From positions 32,001 through 96,000 of the IMG/VR virus record IMGVR_UViG_3300009709_000002: a stretch of DNA of 64,000 nucleotides; one strand, 5' to 3'. The position numbers and the translations under genes were made by a program. The notes under the pieces are model-generated. The model saw only the letters and a list, made by a program, of their open reading frames with translations. It made no database searches and was not told the origin of the DNA. Positions within the stretch are counted from its first letter, which is position 1. Each line of letters begins with the position of its first letter. This document shows positions 9,192-18,959 of this stretch, one piece after another. The DNA is from a virus (taxonomy: Duplodnaviria; Heunggongvirae; Uroviricota; Caudoviricetes).

Positions 9192-9497
9192 TCACATCTC
9201 AAGCAATTTGTTAACGGCTTTTTGCTGCGAATTGATTGTGTCGAGCTCAATTCTGAGTGCTTTTGACAAAGAAATGAGCTGTCTATTTGAAGAGATTCGG
9301 AGGGCTCCCAGCTTGAGAGCTCGTTCACGACGCTTTGCGTTCATGTCATAGTGCGGCAGCCGCTTATCTTGGAACCACTCTCGTTTCATACCGAGAAGGT
9401 CAGCGAATGCATGGAGCTCATCGATAGAGTCCGCGACCATGTGGCACCAATATTGTCCGCGCCAAGCCCACTTTGCTTCGTCAACATAAACTGCCAT
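9192..9497 (-). CDS. DUF4031-like protein
   Basis: MAVYVD..WRGQYWCHMVADS..ELHAFA..LG..REWFQ..PHYD; AGGAG RBS; promoter at 9516-9544. Confidence 0.8.
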   Translation of the reverse strand: MAVYVDEAKWAWRGQYWCHMVADSIDELHAFADLLGMKREWFQDKRLPHYDMNAKRRERALKLGALRISSNRQLISLSKALRIELDTINSQQKAVNKLLEM

Positions 9498-10186
9498 GAT
9501 TTTCTCCTTTTGTAGATTGTAAACCATCTGGATGATCAGGTAAACATTTTGCCAGTTTTAAGCAAAGCAGACCCATATCTCTCCATACCTGAATCTAGTT
9601 AAAAGATAGATTAAAATATCAAGGGAGAGATTCATGCCGTAGATGCTCCTGCTCTTTCTACATGCATGCAGACTTCGAAGTTCATCGCAAGCCTAGAGGT
9701 ACGACGTTTAGCAGAGACATCCCTGTCATAAGCTTGCGCCGCGATTTATCGTCCCACTGTCACTTCTGACTGTGTAGTAGATTGAATATGGATTAGATTC
9801 GAGAACGTTTATCTGGCCTGCCTCTACAGGACCAATCCCTGGGTCGAAGGGGACGGCGAGTTTTGAATTGCCACCGGACAATCGTTGCTTTTCTTTCTGG
9901 CCTGCACAACGAGACAGCACTGCTTGAGGTGAGAAGTACCTTCTTCTACTGAGAAATGGATTGTATTTCAGGCCAGTGAAAAATGGAATTTAAACCGTTC
10001 GGTCGGATGGGTCGTGTTGGAAGAGAAAAGGAGCCAAGAAAAGACTCCGTGAGGAGGTATAAGCGGTGAGTTGTGAGAGTGCACATGGCTAGTCCTGCTC
10101 AAACTCAGCCAGAAATGGTGACCTTTTGAGCCGCTTCCGGCGGTGAAAAAGAAAGCCGGGCTATGCCGGCTTTAGACAGATGGAGC

Positions 10187-10363
10187 TTAAACCTCAATGA
10201 TGCCGACGATCTTGTACTTATTGACGCCGTAGATTTTGTCGAGCTCAGGCTTCGCTATCTCCGAAACCTTCACCACGTTAACCGCTTTCCAGCGGTGCAC
10301 TTTTGTGCCAGCTTGATTTTCTGCAATGATGCGAAGTTCATACTCACGTTCTTGCTCTGCCAT
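10187..10363 (-). CDS. 58-aa hypothetical protein (not in ORF track)
   Basis: MAEQEREYELRIIAEN...KIVGIIEV with GGAG RBS, followed by a terminator-like hairpin near 10150. Confidence 0.55.
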   Translation of the reverse strand: MAEQEREYELRIIAENQAGTKVHRWKAVNVVKVSEIAKPELDKIYGVNKYKIVGIIEV

Positions 10364-10413
10364 GATGCGTCTCCAGTAAATGCAAAGGTGGGAGGCTTCG
10401 GCCTCCCACCGTC

Positions 10414-12369
10414 TTATACTTCGAGGTCGAGCCAGACTTTCCGCTTATTAGCGGCGCCGTCTCCTTTGCCGAACACCAGGTCAATATCATCACGGTCATC
10501 CTGGTCGATGATATCGATGCGGATGATGTGATCATTGATGTTCGTCAGGTACTCACGGAACTCATCGTTTTGCGAGGTTGCGAGACCTTTGTAATACTTC
10601 ATCTTGTACTTGGTGGTCGGATTCTTGGCGAGCCAACCGTCGAACTCATGCTGCTCATAGAAGGCGATTGGCTTTTTGCTACCGTTTGCCCAGACCTTCA
10701 CCAGCGGAGTAATGAAGCGGTGCATAACACCAAGCTCGAACAGCTCCGGCCAGAACTTATGAATATTGCTGATCAGGAGGCCTGTGATGTGGCCTGCACC
10801 GTCATGGTCGGCATCAGTCATGATACCGATTTTCGCATAGCGAAGCTGTTTGATCGAGGTCACCGGCACGCCGATCTTCAGCCCCATCGCTGCCATGAAG
10901 TTCATGAACTCTTGGCCCTGAGCATTTCGCTCTTCCTCGCCGTTCTTCTTTTCCTTCTTGCCGAAGATCTTCACCAGGTCGACCGAGTTGACGTTCAGCG
11001 GTTTACCGCGAAGTGCCAGGAAGCCCATGGTATTTCGATCACAGACAGATTGTCCGGCCTTAGCAGCCGAATCACCTTCGGTCAGGAACAGAATGCACTC
11101 TTCAGGCTTTTTGCCGGCCCAGTTTGCATCTTGCAGCTTGGTAATCTTCTTGACAGACGTGGACTTCAGGTCCTTGTTGGCCTCACGAAGCTTGGCCATC
11201 TCTTCGGCCTTCTTCTTGGCTTCGACCCAGTCGAGAACTCGTTGGATGATCTCGGACTTCAGAACTCGTTGGATGAACTTGTCGCTAGCCGTGTACACCG
11301 AGCGCCATTGCTTCTTATCCGTCATCAAGCGTTCCTTCGTTTGCGAGTCATAACGAGGACGGTCCATCGTTACGTTCACGAAGATGCGCATGTGGTTAAA
11401 GATGTCGGTCGGACGAACATCAACCTTGTGTTTGGTCTTGAAGTGGTCGCGAATTTTATTGGCGATCTCATAGACGACGTCGGCGGTGTGAGTACCACCT
11501 TGCATCGTCTCTGTCGAATTCACGAACGAGATTTGCTGATAGCCTTCATCGCTGTGCGTAACACCGACTTGCCAGTCCGGGCACTCGTCATACTCATACA
11601 CCGGATCATACATCGCGATGTAGTCTTTGAACGAGTTGATCTTGATGCGTTCGCCGTTCAGGAAAACCTTGAGGTGCGGATTACAACCGGCGACGTCATA
11701 CACGCGCTTGACGAGCTTGTCATAGTTGCCATCATCCAGCGTCATCTTAAGGTGCGCGTAGTCCGGCAGCCAGGTGATCTTGGTGAATCCCTTAGTGCCG
11801 CTGGCCGGCAAGATGGTCGGTTCGGAAGCCGTCATCATGTTGTTGGTCCACGTTTGCTTGAACTTGTTCTTGCCGTCGCAAGTTTCGACGGTGAACCTCG
11901 TGGAGAAAATGTTGGTGAGCGACGAACCTTCACCATTTTGACCGGCTCCAGTGTTATCATCCTCGTCTTCATCATCGAAGTTCGAGCCGGAGCGAAGGTA
12001 GCCGAAGATCATCGTCGGCACATATTCGTTTTCCTGCGTGTGCAACACTACCGGGATACCACCGTTATCTTCAACGGAAAGTTCTCCTGATTCCTGGTTG
12101 ATCACCACCTTGATGGTATCCAGGTGCTTACCTTCAGGCCGCTTGGAAAAGTCGACGGAGTTGGTGATAATCTCGTCGAACATCTTCTGGAAACCAGGAA
12201 CCCACGTGAGTTCTACTTGTTCAAACTTACCTTCAACCGGAACGAACGTTTTGCCGGTGAACGGTACGATCGAACCGATGTAGCGACCAGGACGAATCAA
12301 GCAGTGCTCGACGTCGGTCAGCTTTCGATACTTTTGTTCGATCGATTTGTCTTGTTTGGGATTTGTCAT
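10414..12369 (-). CDS. Type II DNA topoisomerase ATPase/TOPRIM subunit (gp39+gp60 as one polypeptide)
   Basis: EIITNSVD, DNGGIP, GQNGEG, EGDSA, LRGKPLN, MTDADHDG, YYKGL. Confidence 0.95.
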   Translation of the reverse strand: MTNPKQDKSIEQKYRKLTDVEHCLIRPGRYIGSIVPFTGKTFVPVEGKFEQVELTWVPGFQKMFDEIITNSVDFSKRPEGKHLDTIKVVINQESGELSVEDNGGIPVVLHTQENEYVPTMIFGYLRSGSNFDDEDEDDNTGAGQNGEGSSLTNIFSTRFTVETCDGKNKFKQTWTNNMMTASEPTILPASGTKGFTKITWLPDYAHLKMTLDDGNYDKLVKRVYDVAGCNPHLKVFLNGERIKINSFKDYIAMYDPVYEYDECPDWQVGVTHSDEGYQQISFVNSTETMQGGTHTADVVYEIANKIRDHFKTKHKVDVRPTDIFNHMRIFVNVTMDRPRYDSQTKERLMTDKKQWRSVYTASDKFIQRVLKSEIIQRVLDWVEAKKKAEEMAKLREANKDLKSTSVKKITKLQDANWAGKKPEECILFLTEGDSAAKAGQSVCDRNTMGFLALRGKPLNVNSVDLVKIFGKKEKKNGEEERNAQGQEFMNFMAAMGLKIGVPVTSIKQLRYAKIGIMTDADHDGAGHITGLLISNIHKFWPELFELGVMHRFITPLVKVWANGSKKPIAFYEQHEFDGWLAKNPTTKYKMKYYKGLATSQNDEFREYLTNINDHIIRIDIIDQDDRDDIDLVFGKGDGAANKRKVWLDLEV

Positions 12370-12403
12370 AATTTCTCGGTTGGCTTTATCAACTTACATG
12401 ATA

Positions 12404-12432
12404 ATTTTAACATCATCCGGGAAAAATGTAAA
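12404..12432 (-). promoter_or_regulatory. T4-early-like sigma70 promoter (representative copy)
   Basis: GTTTACA-17 nt-TAAAAT; similar copies at 9516, 13828, 16132, 21934, 23976, 57827, 59560, 63894. Confidence 0.75.
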
Positions 12433-12465
12433 CATCAATTTACGGCCATTTTTGAGCATTTTTCG

Positions 12466-13230
12466 TCAAAATGGAATGTCCGTGAATGTTTCTACATGGT
12501 TTGCGATGGCTAGATCGGCTTTTTCCAGACCTTGATACGTCTCGGCCAGACTTGCAGCTCTTTGAAGTTCTTCCGGAGTAGCAATGACTTCATCCGGAGC
12601 ATCCAGCCTGCCCTCATGCTTGAACTCATTGAAGAAATTATTGTTGAGCTCTGTGTTCAGCAGGATGTAATCTGAGCCTGGTGTTGCTCTGCCAGACGCA
12701 TAGAAAAGTCCCTTGAACTTAGAGATCTCCAGCTTATCCATCAGCGTGCTTGGATTGAGCAGATACCACGGCATAAAGAAATTAGCCTTGGCACTCCACT
12801 TTGAGATGATGATCGCATCAAGGTCATCGAGGTGCTCGAGCATGTGCTGGATCTTTTCCAGCTTGCTCCATGAGACTGTCGTGTTGAGCATCTGAAGACA
12901 CTTAAACTCTAGCTTGAATCTTCCGTCAAGCACAGCATCATAGTGGTAGAGACCATTATTTGCTGGGTCATGCATCTCACAGATTCGTACTTCCGCATTG
13001 ATGAGCTTTTGAAGAGCATACTCACTCACCTCACCATAGCGCTGTCGTTCCATACACACAGCAAAGCTATCACCTCGACCACCAGGGCGGCTGTGATTGA
13101 TAGCTGCTAGAATCTTGGTGCGACGATTGATCTCATCCCACTCAGCTTGTGAAAACGTGCTGGTGTCGAGTGTTTTGTTCTTTAGGAGGTCATGAAGAAG
13201 ACTTACCTCTGGACGTTCAGAGAATTTCAT
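12466..13230 (-). CDS. Endonuclease IV (DenB)-like PD-(D/E)XK nuclease
   Basis: ERQRYGEVSEYAL, YDAVL..KLEFK, DAIII, SKFKGLFY fall in the same order as T4 DenB motifs recalled from memory. Confidence 0.55.
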   Translation of the reverse strand: MKFSERPEVSLLHDLLKNKTLDTSTFSQAEWDEINRRTKILAAINHSRPGGRGDSFAVCMERQRYGEVSEYALQKLINAEVRICEMHDPANNGLYHYDAVLDGRFKLEFKCLQMLNTTVSWSKLEKIQHMLEHLDDLDAIIISKWSAKANFFMPWYLLNPSTLMDKLEISKFKGLFYASGRATPGSDYILLNTELNNNFFNEFKHEGRLDAPDEVIATPEELQRAASLAETYQGLEKADLAIANHVETFTDIPF

Positions 13231-13275
13231 ATGAAGAAAAGAAAGACCGACGAATGCCGGCCGTGAGGGTGCTGC

Positions 13276-13785
13276 TTACGTTGCGAACTTGCAAGACTTG
13301 ACGGCGTGAATCAGGTCAAAGTAATGATCGCCGACATTGTGGATCGTTTCCTTCAGCTTGGAGTAGCCGCCTTCAGTAGGAATTGCTTCACGGAGAATAT
13401 AGCGAATCATACCACGCTCATCATCCGACCTACGGCAGTCATAAATCCATGGTGGAAGAATGATGCCGATCGCTGTCAGTGCACCGTCGAGCGCTTCTTG
13501 CTCTTCATGAAACTCTGCAAACGGGAATTCATCGCTATGCTTAGCGAACACTTCGAGCATCGAACGCAGGTTTGAGGCGTAGCCACCATCAAGCAAGATC
13601 CATGTTTTGTGGTTGTCAATAAAATCCCAGACGGTATCGCACAGGTGCTTGTTGATCAAATGCTGGTCGCCTAACGCTAGTTTCGGACGACCATACTTGC
13701 GCATGATTTCACCAAGGGCGTGGCCACATTGAATGCCGGTGTGGATACCGCCCATGTACATGTTTTTGATGCCGTAGAATCGCAT
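13276..13785 (-). CDS. Peptidyl-tRNA hydrolase type 2 (Pth2)-like protein
   Basis: MGGIHTGIQCGHA, KTWILLDGG, F.E...LDGALTAIGI. Confidence 0.6.
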   Translation of the reverse strand: MRFYGIKNMYMGGIHTGIQCGHALGEIMRKYGRPKLALGDQHLINKHLCDTVWDFIDNHKTWILLDGGYASNLRSMLEVFAKHSDEFPFAEFHEEQEALDGALTAIGIILPPWIYDCRRSDDERGMIRYILREAIPTEGGYSKLKETIHNVGDHYFDLIHAVKSCKFAT

Positions 13786-13856
13786 TGGAATCCTTTAAGA
13801 TCATGGTATAAGTAACAAGATTAAATCATCTTATCACATAATCAAGTCAATGTAAA

Positions 13857-14633
13857 CTAAGGCTTGAACAAAACTCGTGTTAATCCAGAGGAGATTCGTT
13901 CTATCTCTAGCTTTGTGCGATCCAAGACAGTAAATGCTATCGGTAGATTGGTAGCTTGGTCGAAAAAGAGGTAAGGTTTACTTCCTATTGAGGTTTTGAA
14001 AAGCTCATTGAAGTAAGTATCTTCCGCTTTAGCTACTTGCTCTGGCGCGAGCTGCCTAATGTGGTCAAGAAGATTCTTAGAGACGTGCATCGGATTGTCT
14101 GGCATCTTTAAGAGCTTCTGCTTAGAAAGCTTAATGAGCAGCTTAGTAATCACTTGAACGAAGTTGAAAGATGGCAAAATCTCATCAGTTCCTAGCATGA
14201 AAGATGAATAGCTGTCACCAACTCTTCGAGCTGATTTGACCTCCGCAAAAGGTTCTCCATCTACTAGAATGTCAGTTGAACTGCTTGCTCCACCAAGCTC
14301 TATGTAATCATAGATGAAGTAGACGAGTACCTCGCCTCTTCCAATGCGCTCTCCGAAGAACTTAGATGATCCATGTTCTTCAAAGACTTTGCTGGCGAAC
14401 GCAGGATTATTCGCGATGAAGTTAGTTACTGTAGGGAGAACATTGTCCAAGGAGATGAAGGGACAAGTCCACATTAGCGGTGAAAGGTCGTTCGGCGAGT
14501 ACTTATCTAGGAGGTATTGGCGTGCCTCGCCCTTAGTATATTTCTTCGGCAAGTTAATGATCGCATAAAGATGACGAGCTTTTGGCTCGGTCTCCGATGC
14601 CCTGGGTAGACTTAAGAGTGCCGTTTCCGACAC
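13857..14633 (-). CDS. Hypothetical late protein, possible PD-(D/E)XK fold
   Basis: IGRGE..., TDILVDGEPFAEVKS; CATAAATA motif at 14637-14644. Confidence 0.5.
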   Translation of the reverse strand: MSETALLSLPRASETEPKARHLYAIINLPKKYTKGEARQYLLDKYSPNDLSPLMWTCPFISLDNVLPTVTNFIANNPAFASKVFEEHGSSKFFGERIGRGEVLVYFIYDYIELGGASSSTDILVDGEPFAEVKSARRVGDSYSSFMLGTDEILPSFNFVQVITKLLIKLSKQKLLKMPDNPMHVSKNLLDHIRQLAPEQVAKAEDTYFNELFKTSIGSKPYLFFDQATNLPIAFTVLDRTKLEIERISSGLTRVLFKP

Positions 14634-14647
14634 TCTTATTTATGCAA

Positions 14648-15169
14648 TCATTGCACCAGCTCGATGATGTACTTGAAGCCTTCCGCTTTCGACGGTGGCA
14701 TGTAAGAATCCGTCATGCTCTTGATCACATGCTGTGGAATGAACTTTCCAGTAGCAGCTGCTCGGGAAGCAAGACGCTCTTGCAACACCTTGTCAGGTAC
14801 GTCAAACTTGATGGCCACGTTGGTATGGCCAATTGAAGATTTTGACACCAAGCTCTTACGAGACTTCGATGACATGTTCGTGCGATCGATGAAGATGTTC
14901 TTCTGTTCAGCAACCGCTTGATCAATTTCTTCTTGGAAGCGCTTGTTGAATTCCTTCATCGGACACTTATCCCAAGCTTGCGAGTAGGTCATGCCGTTTG
15001 CGGCAGCCCACTCATCAATCATGTTATCTGTGCTGATGACAGTAATGTCGATAGATTCTTTAGCGAGCTTCGTGAAGGTCGACTTACCAGATGCTGGAAG
15101 ACCAACTAAAAGAGCAAAGAATGGACGTAACGTCTGGAGACGTTGAATGACTTGTTGTGCTTGTGGCAT
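14648..15169 (-). CDS. P-loop kinase, polynucleotide kinase (PseT kinase domain/AAA_33)-like
   Basis: LVGLPASGKST, ISTD, IDRTN..KSRK. Confidence 0.75.
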   Translation of the reverse strand: MPQAQQVIQRLQTLRPFFALLVGLPASGKSTFTKLAKESIDITVISTDNMIDEWAAANGMTYSQAWDKCPMKEFNKRFQEEIDQAVAEQKNIFIDRTNMSSKSRKSLVSKSSIGHTNVAIKFDVPDKVLQERLASRAAATGKFIPQHVIKSMTDSYMPPSKAEGFKYIIELVQ

Positions 15170-15198
15170 GAGAATGCTCCAATGAGAACCATTGGAGC

Positions 15199-15231
15199 AT
15201 AATATACCACATCACAAAAGAGTGATATTTT
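15199..15231 (-). promoter_or_regulatory. Putative middle-type promoter
   Basis: AAAATATC-19 nt-TATTAT. Confidence 0.6.
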
Positions 15232-15267
15232 AGCTTTTCAACTAAAATCTAAGAGAAACAACACTTG

Positions 15268-15624
15268 CTAGAGCAGCTTGGAAATCCGCTCTAGCCCGCG
15301 ATGATTTACTGCAGATTGCACATACTTCCTGCGGAAGGGATTATTGCGTTGAGGGCGAATAATCTTAACCGACGTAGTGCCATCTGGCAACGTGATGTTA
15401 TGCTGATACTCATCACGCCGTTTTAGCGCTATCGCCGCGTTGCGATAGATGCGCTTCAGCTCTGCTAATTTTGGAAGGAGCGTTTCTCTGCCGTCACGAT
15501 TGATCAGAAATTCGATTCGATCGGCGTCAGCGATAAAGGAAGCTGGGTCCTTGGTGACTTCAGCTAACAGATGAGTTAGCTTTCGTCCAACTATATGCGG
15601 ATTCACTCTGCCTGGCATCGACAT
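15268..15624 (-). CDS. Hypothetical basic protein
   Basis: 118 aa in a tight operon, AGGAG RBS. Confidence 0.55.
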   Translation of the reverse strand: MSMPGRVNPHIVGRKLTHLLAEVTKDPASFIADADRIEFLINRDGRETLLPKLAELKRIYRNAAIALKRRDEYQHNITLPDGTTSVKIIRPQRNNPFRRKYVQSAVNHRGLERISKLL

Positions 15625-15626
15625 AA

Positions 15627-15899
15627 TTACTCCTTTACTTGGATGAGGGTGACGTCATGGTCATAGTACAGCGTGCAACGACGTTCCTTGTTCTTGGGAG
15701 AGATAACGATACTCTTGATAACTGGCGGTAGTGGATCACCTGACGCAACCCGCACGAAATTGATCTCTACCTTCTTCTCACCATCAAACCAACGCTTAAT
15801 CTCACTGTTCGAAGCTGGTCCAAGTGTTCTACCATCTGTGCTCATGAACCTGCAAACTTGGTGCAGGTCTAAGATATGTTGCAGACAGGTCTTCATCAC
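15627..15899 (-). CDS. Hypothetical protein
   Basis: 90 aa in a tight operon. Confidence 0.55.
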   Translation of the reverse strand: MMKTCLQHILDLHQVCRFMSTDGRTLGPASNSEIKRWFDGEKKVEINFVRVASGDPLPPVIKSIVISPKNKERRCTLYYDHDVTLIQVKE

Positions 15900-16109
15900 T
15901 TAAACGATAACAATTTCAACTGCGACAGGATCAATTGCGCTGGTGGACAAACGAATTTCTGCAGGAAGATCTCGCTCTTCAAAGAAGCAGCCGTGTGAAG
16001 TTTCTTCACGAACAAGCGTAGTTACAGCTAGGTTACCACGCTCTTCACGGATTTTCTTTGCTTGCTCCAAGAGATTGATCAAACCATCCAGGTCTACTAC
16101 GTTTTCCAT
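15900..16109 (-). CDS. Hypothetical protein (start likely MENVV)
   Basis: The upstream ATG overlaps a -10 box at 16132-16137. Confidence 0.5.
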   Translation of the reverse strand: MENVVDLDGLINLLEQAKKIREERGNLAVTTLVREETSHGCFFEERDLPAEIRLSTSAIDPVAVEIVIV

Positions 16110-16195
16110 AAGACCACCGTCTATTAGAGACATTATAATCTAAACCTAGCAAGCTGTAAACCTGCTAGGTTATCCAAGTGTTTGAATATGAATAG

Positions 16196-16228
16196 ATTAT
16201 ATCACTGCGTCACGGCGTTGGATATTTT
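16196..16228 (-). promoter_or_regulatory. Putative middle-type promoter
   Basis: AAAATATC-19 nt-TATAAT. Confidence 0.6.
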
Positions 16229-16232
16229 AAGT

Positions 16233-16766
16233 CTACAAGCCGTTTCTTTTCTTGTAAGCTCTGATGACTGGAGTATGCACCCACTTCTTGACGATCTTTT
16301 CCCAGCCTTCTTTCCCAACTACGCCATCCACCAGCGATGAAGAGATAATTGACATGTCTGGTCGCGGTGTCACAAAGACTGTTGTAACATTCTTCTGAAT
16401 TTCGCGATTGACGTCGGCCAAGCTCTTCTCATACTCGAAGTCGATCGTATTACGAATGCCACGGAAGAGAATGTGCGCGCCAAGCTGATGTGCTTGATTT
16501 ACAAGCAACAGCGAGTCATCAAGGCTGCGAACTTGGATAGAGCATTCAATCTCATCCTTGTGCCCATATCTGTGCTCAGCGATGCAATCAAGTATGACTC
16601 CGATCCTCGTGCCAACGTCAAAACGAGACTTTTTCGATGAGTTTGATGCCACCATGATGTAGAGCAAGTCTACAATCTTAGCTGCCTGCACCACCACGTC
16701 TACGTGTCCACGAGTCATCAGATCAAATGAGCCTGCTAGCAACCCAACAGTTCGCTTTCTCAGCAT
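16233..16766 (-). CDS. coaD: Phosphopantetheine adenylyltransferase
   Basis: GSFDLMTRGH, N..KKSRF, RGIRNTIDFEYE, ISSSLV; the ATG at 16766 overlaps the end of coaE. Confidence 0.88.
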   Translation of the reverse strand: MLRKRTVGLLAGSFDLMTRGHVDVVVQAAKIVDLLYIMVASNSSKKSRFDVGTRIGVILDCIAEHRYGHKDEIECSIQVRSLDDSLLLVNQAHQLGAHILFRGIRNTIDFEYEKSLADVNREIQKNVTTVFVTPRPDMSIISSSLVDGVVGKEGWEKIVKKWVHTPVIRAYKKRNGL

Positions 16767-17353
16767 TTCCTCAGTTCCTTCAGAATCGGGTCCGTCGTCA
16801 CGTAATCGAAGATTGTTTCTTGTAGCCATTCTGGTTTCTCATAGTTGTTGTAAATGACGAGATCAGCTTTGTCGATCTTCTCATCTTCATGCATCTGAGC
16901 GTGAACGACAGAGTCAAACTTACTTCTAGCCATACCATCTCGAGCAGCAACACGCTTGAAACGTACGTCAAGATCTGCTGTAATGAGTATTGTCAAATCA
17001 AATCGACTTTCCCAATTGTTTTCAAACAACAGTGGAAATTCCACGAAGACTGCGGGAATATCGTCTTCATCGATGAGGATCTTCTCAAGCTGACTAACAA
17101 CTGCCACCGAGAATAAATCTTCAAGCTTGTTACGAATCTGCTTGCTTTCAAAAGCCCAATTGCTTAAAATCGCTCTATCACAGTCGCCAAACTCTCTGAC
17201 CAGCTCGTCCTGAAATTTCTGGTCATGGTACAACTTTCTGACGATCTCGTCGACGCTGAAGAACATCACATTGTCATTCAGCTGCTTCTTCAACATTTCT
17301 ACGGCCATCGATTTTCCTGAACCGATACCGCCTGTGATCGCTATCTTCTTCAT
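16760..17353 (-). CDS. coaE: Dephospho-CoA kinase
   Basis: IAITGGIGSGKS, DRAIL, EFPLLFE, R..RV..RD, AQM....K...AD.VI.N. Confidence 0.88.
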   Translation of the reverse strand: MKKIAITGGIGSGKSMAVEMLKKQLNDNVMFFSVDEIVRKLYHDQKFQDELVREFGDCDRAILSNWAFESKQIRNKLEDLFSVAVVSQLEKILIDEDDIPAVFVEFPLLFENNWESRFDLTILITADLDVRFKRVAARDGMARSKFDSVVHAQMHEDEKIDKADLVIYNNYEKPEWLQETIFDYVTTDPILKELRKC

Positions 17354-17397
17354 TGAAACTCCAAAATGCAAAAGGAGGGTTTCCCCTCCCCAAAACT

Positions 17398-18867
17398 TTA
17401 CAGCCCCAGCTCTTCTGGGATACTTTCACCGAGTGGTACGATTCCATTGAAGCGACGAATCTGCTCCAACGTCAGCGTGTTCGGTACCTTGCCATGATCA
17501 TAGATGGTCCACATCATGTCTTCGAACTCTACATCGAATTCTCCAACTTGCAACGTGCTCCATTCACCTGTGAGACGGCTGCGAACGGTGGTCAGGCGAC
17601 CAGCCTTCGACTTCTTGCCTGGATCAGTGATTGGATCCTTGAAGATCTTGACCCACTCACCGCTGTCAAGCAGGATAGCACTGGACTTCTGTGCAAAGCT
17701 CAGATCATCTCGCTTTGCATTTTGCAGCAGATCGCCGCCGGAGCCGTAGACGATCGTCGATGCAGCGAACTTCTTATCTTCAAGAAGATTCAAGATCTTT
17801 GCGATCATCTCGTAGTTGATGCCGTCACCTTGGATGATACCAACGTGGTTGAGCACCTTGTAGCCCTTCGTGTTGATCGTCGTGCCGAAGTGCTTCTCGA
17901 GCAGATCGAGTAACCAGCTGATGATTTCAACAGGATCACCAGAGTCAGGGCGGAAGACGACCTTCGCACCAGAATCGATGATTCGTTGCTTGAACTTCGT
18001 GCAAAGCAGCTCTGCCTCACGGAAGACGTTGTAGCCGTCGATCACCAGAGACAGAATAGCGCCAGGCTTTGCGTACGCATCGAGAATTGCTTCGATGTAA
18101 GCTTCTTGGTGCTCAGGCCCGTAAGCTGTCTGAATGCTGTGTTCAGTTGCAGGAACGCTGAAGGCAGCCATGCGTTCGAAGTAATAGAAGTTTGCAGCAC
18201 GAACACCAGAGATCGTATCCGACCCACGGAAGAATACACAGTGAGCAGCACCGCCGATCTGACCTTGCTCTTCGCAAGTTACACCGCGACCAGCAAAATC
18301 ATGCAGAGAGAATGACATGATCACATTGAAGAAGGCATCATCGCACGAACGGCGAACTGCTTTAGCGATGATGTCATACTTCTCACGGTCATTGCTGGCG
18401 ATCGTTGTCGGATACCAGACGCCGCGTTGCATCGTCGTTTCGATGTATGAGGCGAGCCAGAACAGGCGCTTATCGGTGCATTCCACCGTCACGATCGCGT
18501 TGCTCGAAGGCATCATCATACCTTCCTTGACACCACGAATCACTACCGGCAGATAGCCATCATACTTCTCGACGATGTAGTCCCAATCCTGGCGATTGAA
18601 CGGAACCATGTGGTTGATAGCAAATTCTTCTGCTTCATCCACATCTGCTTTGGTGATTGGATCGAGCAAGCACTTGCGAACCCACATCTGCATGCCAAAT
18701 GGCACGACGAGCTTACCTTTGCGCCGAGGCTCGATGTAGGCGAACATACCTTGAATTTTCTCTGGGTACACAAGCCAATGCGACAGCTTGTACGAATCCA
18801 CATCGAGTATTAAATTGTAACCAAGGCGGTTCAGTGAAGCTTTTTGAGTTTGAATTTTCTTAAGCAT
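17398..18867 (-). CDS. nadV: Nicotinamide phosphoribosyltransferase (NAMPT)
   Basis: DSYKLSH, VWYPTT, LHDFAGRG, SVPATEHS, RPDSGDP, IQGDG, GSGG, KDPITDPGKKSK. Confidence 0.95.
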   Translation of the reverse strand: MLKKIQTQKASLNRLGYNLILDVDSYKLSHWLVYPEKIQGMFAYIEPRRKGKLVVPFGMQMWVRKCLLDPITKADVDEAEEFAINHMVPFNRQDWDYIVEKYDGYLPVVIRGVKEGMMMPSSNAIVTVECTDKRLFWLASYIETTMQRGVWYPTTIASNDREKYDIIAKAVRRSCDDAFFNVIMSFSLHDFAGRGVTCEEQGQIGGAAHCVFFRGSDTISGVRAANFYYFERMAAFSVPATEHSIQTAYGPEHQEAYIEAILDAYAKPGAILSLVIDGYNVFREAELLCTKFKQRIIDSGAKVVFRPDSGDPVEIISWLLDLLEKHFGTTINTKGYKVLNHVGIIQGDGINYEMIAKILNLLEDKKFAASTIVYGSGGDLLQNAKRDDLSFAQKSSAILLDSGEWVKIFKDPITDPGKKSKAGRLTTVRSRLTGEWSTLQVGEFDVEFEDMMWTIYDHGKVPNTLTLEQIRRFNGIVPLGESIPEELGL

Positions 18868-18959
18868 GAAAGTCTCTTTCATAAAGACGAAGCCGTCTAT
18901 CGGCAACGTTTACTACAAGAGCCGCCTATGTAGATTATAACATAGGCGGCCAGATTTTG

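Noticed and set aside
7830-12090. Long plus-strand ORFs (352 aa and 520 aa)
   Set aside because: Antisense shadows of the codon-biased topoisomerase genes. The same applies to ORFs at 1221, 17353, 57900 and those opposite the collagen genes.
10414-12369. T4 gene 60-type ribosomal bypass, intron or intein in the topoisomerase
   Set aside because: The ORF is continuous with all motifs present and normal length.
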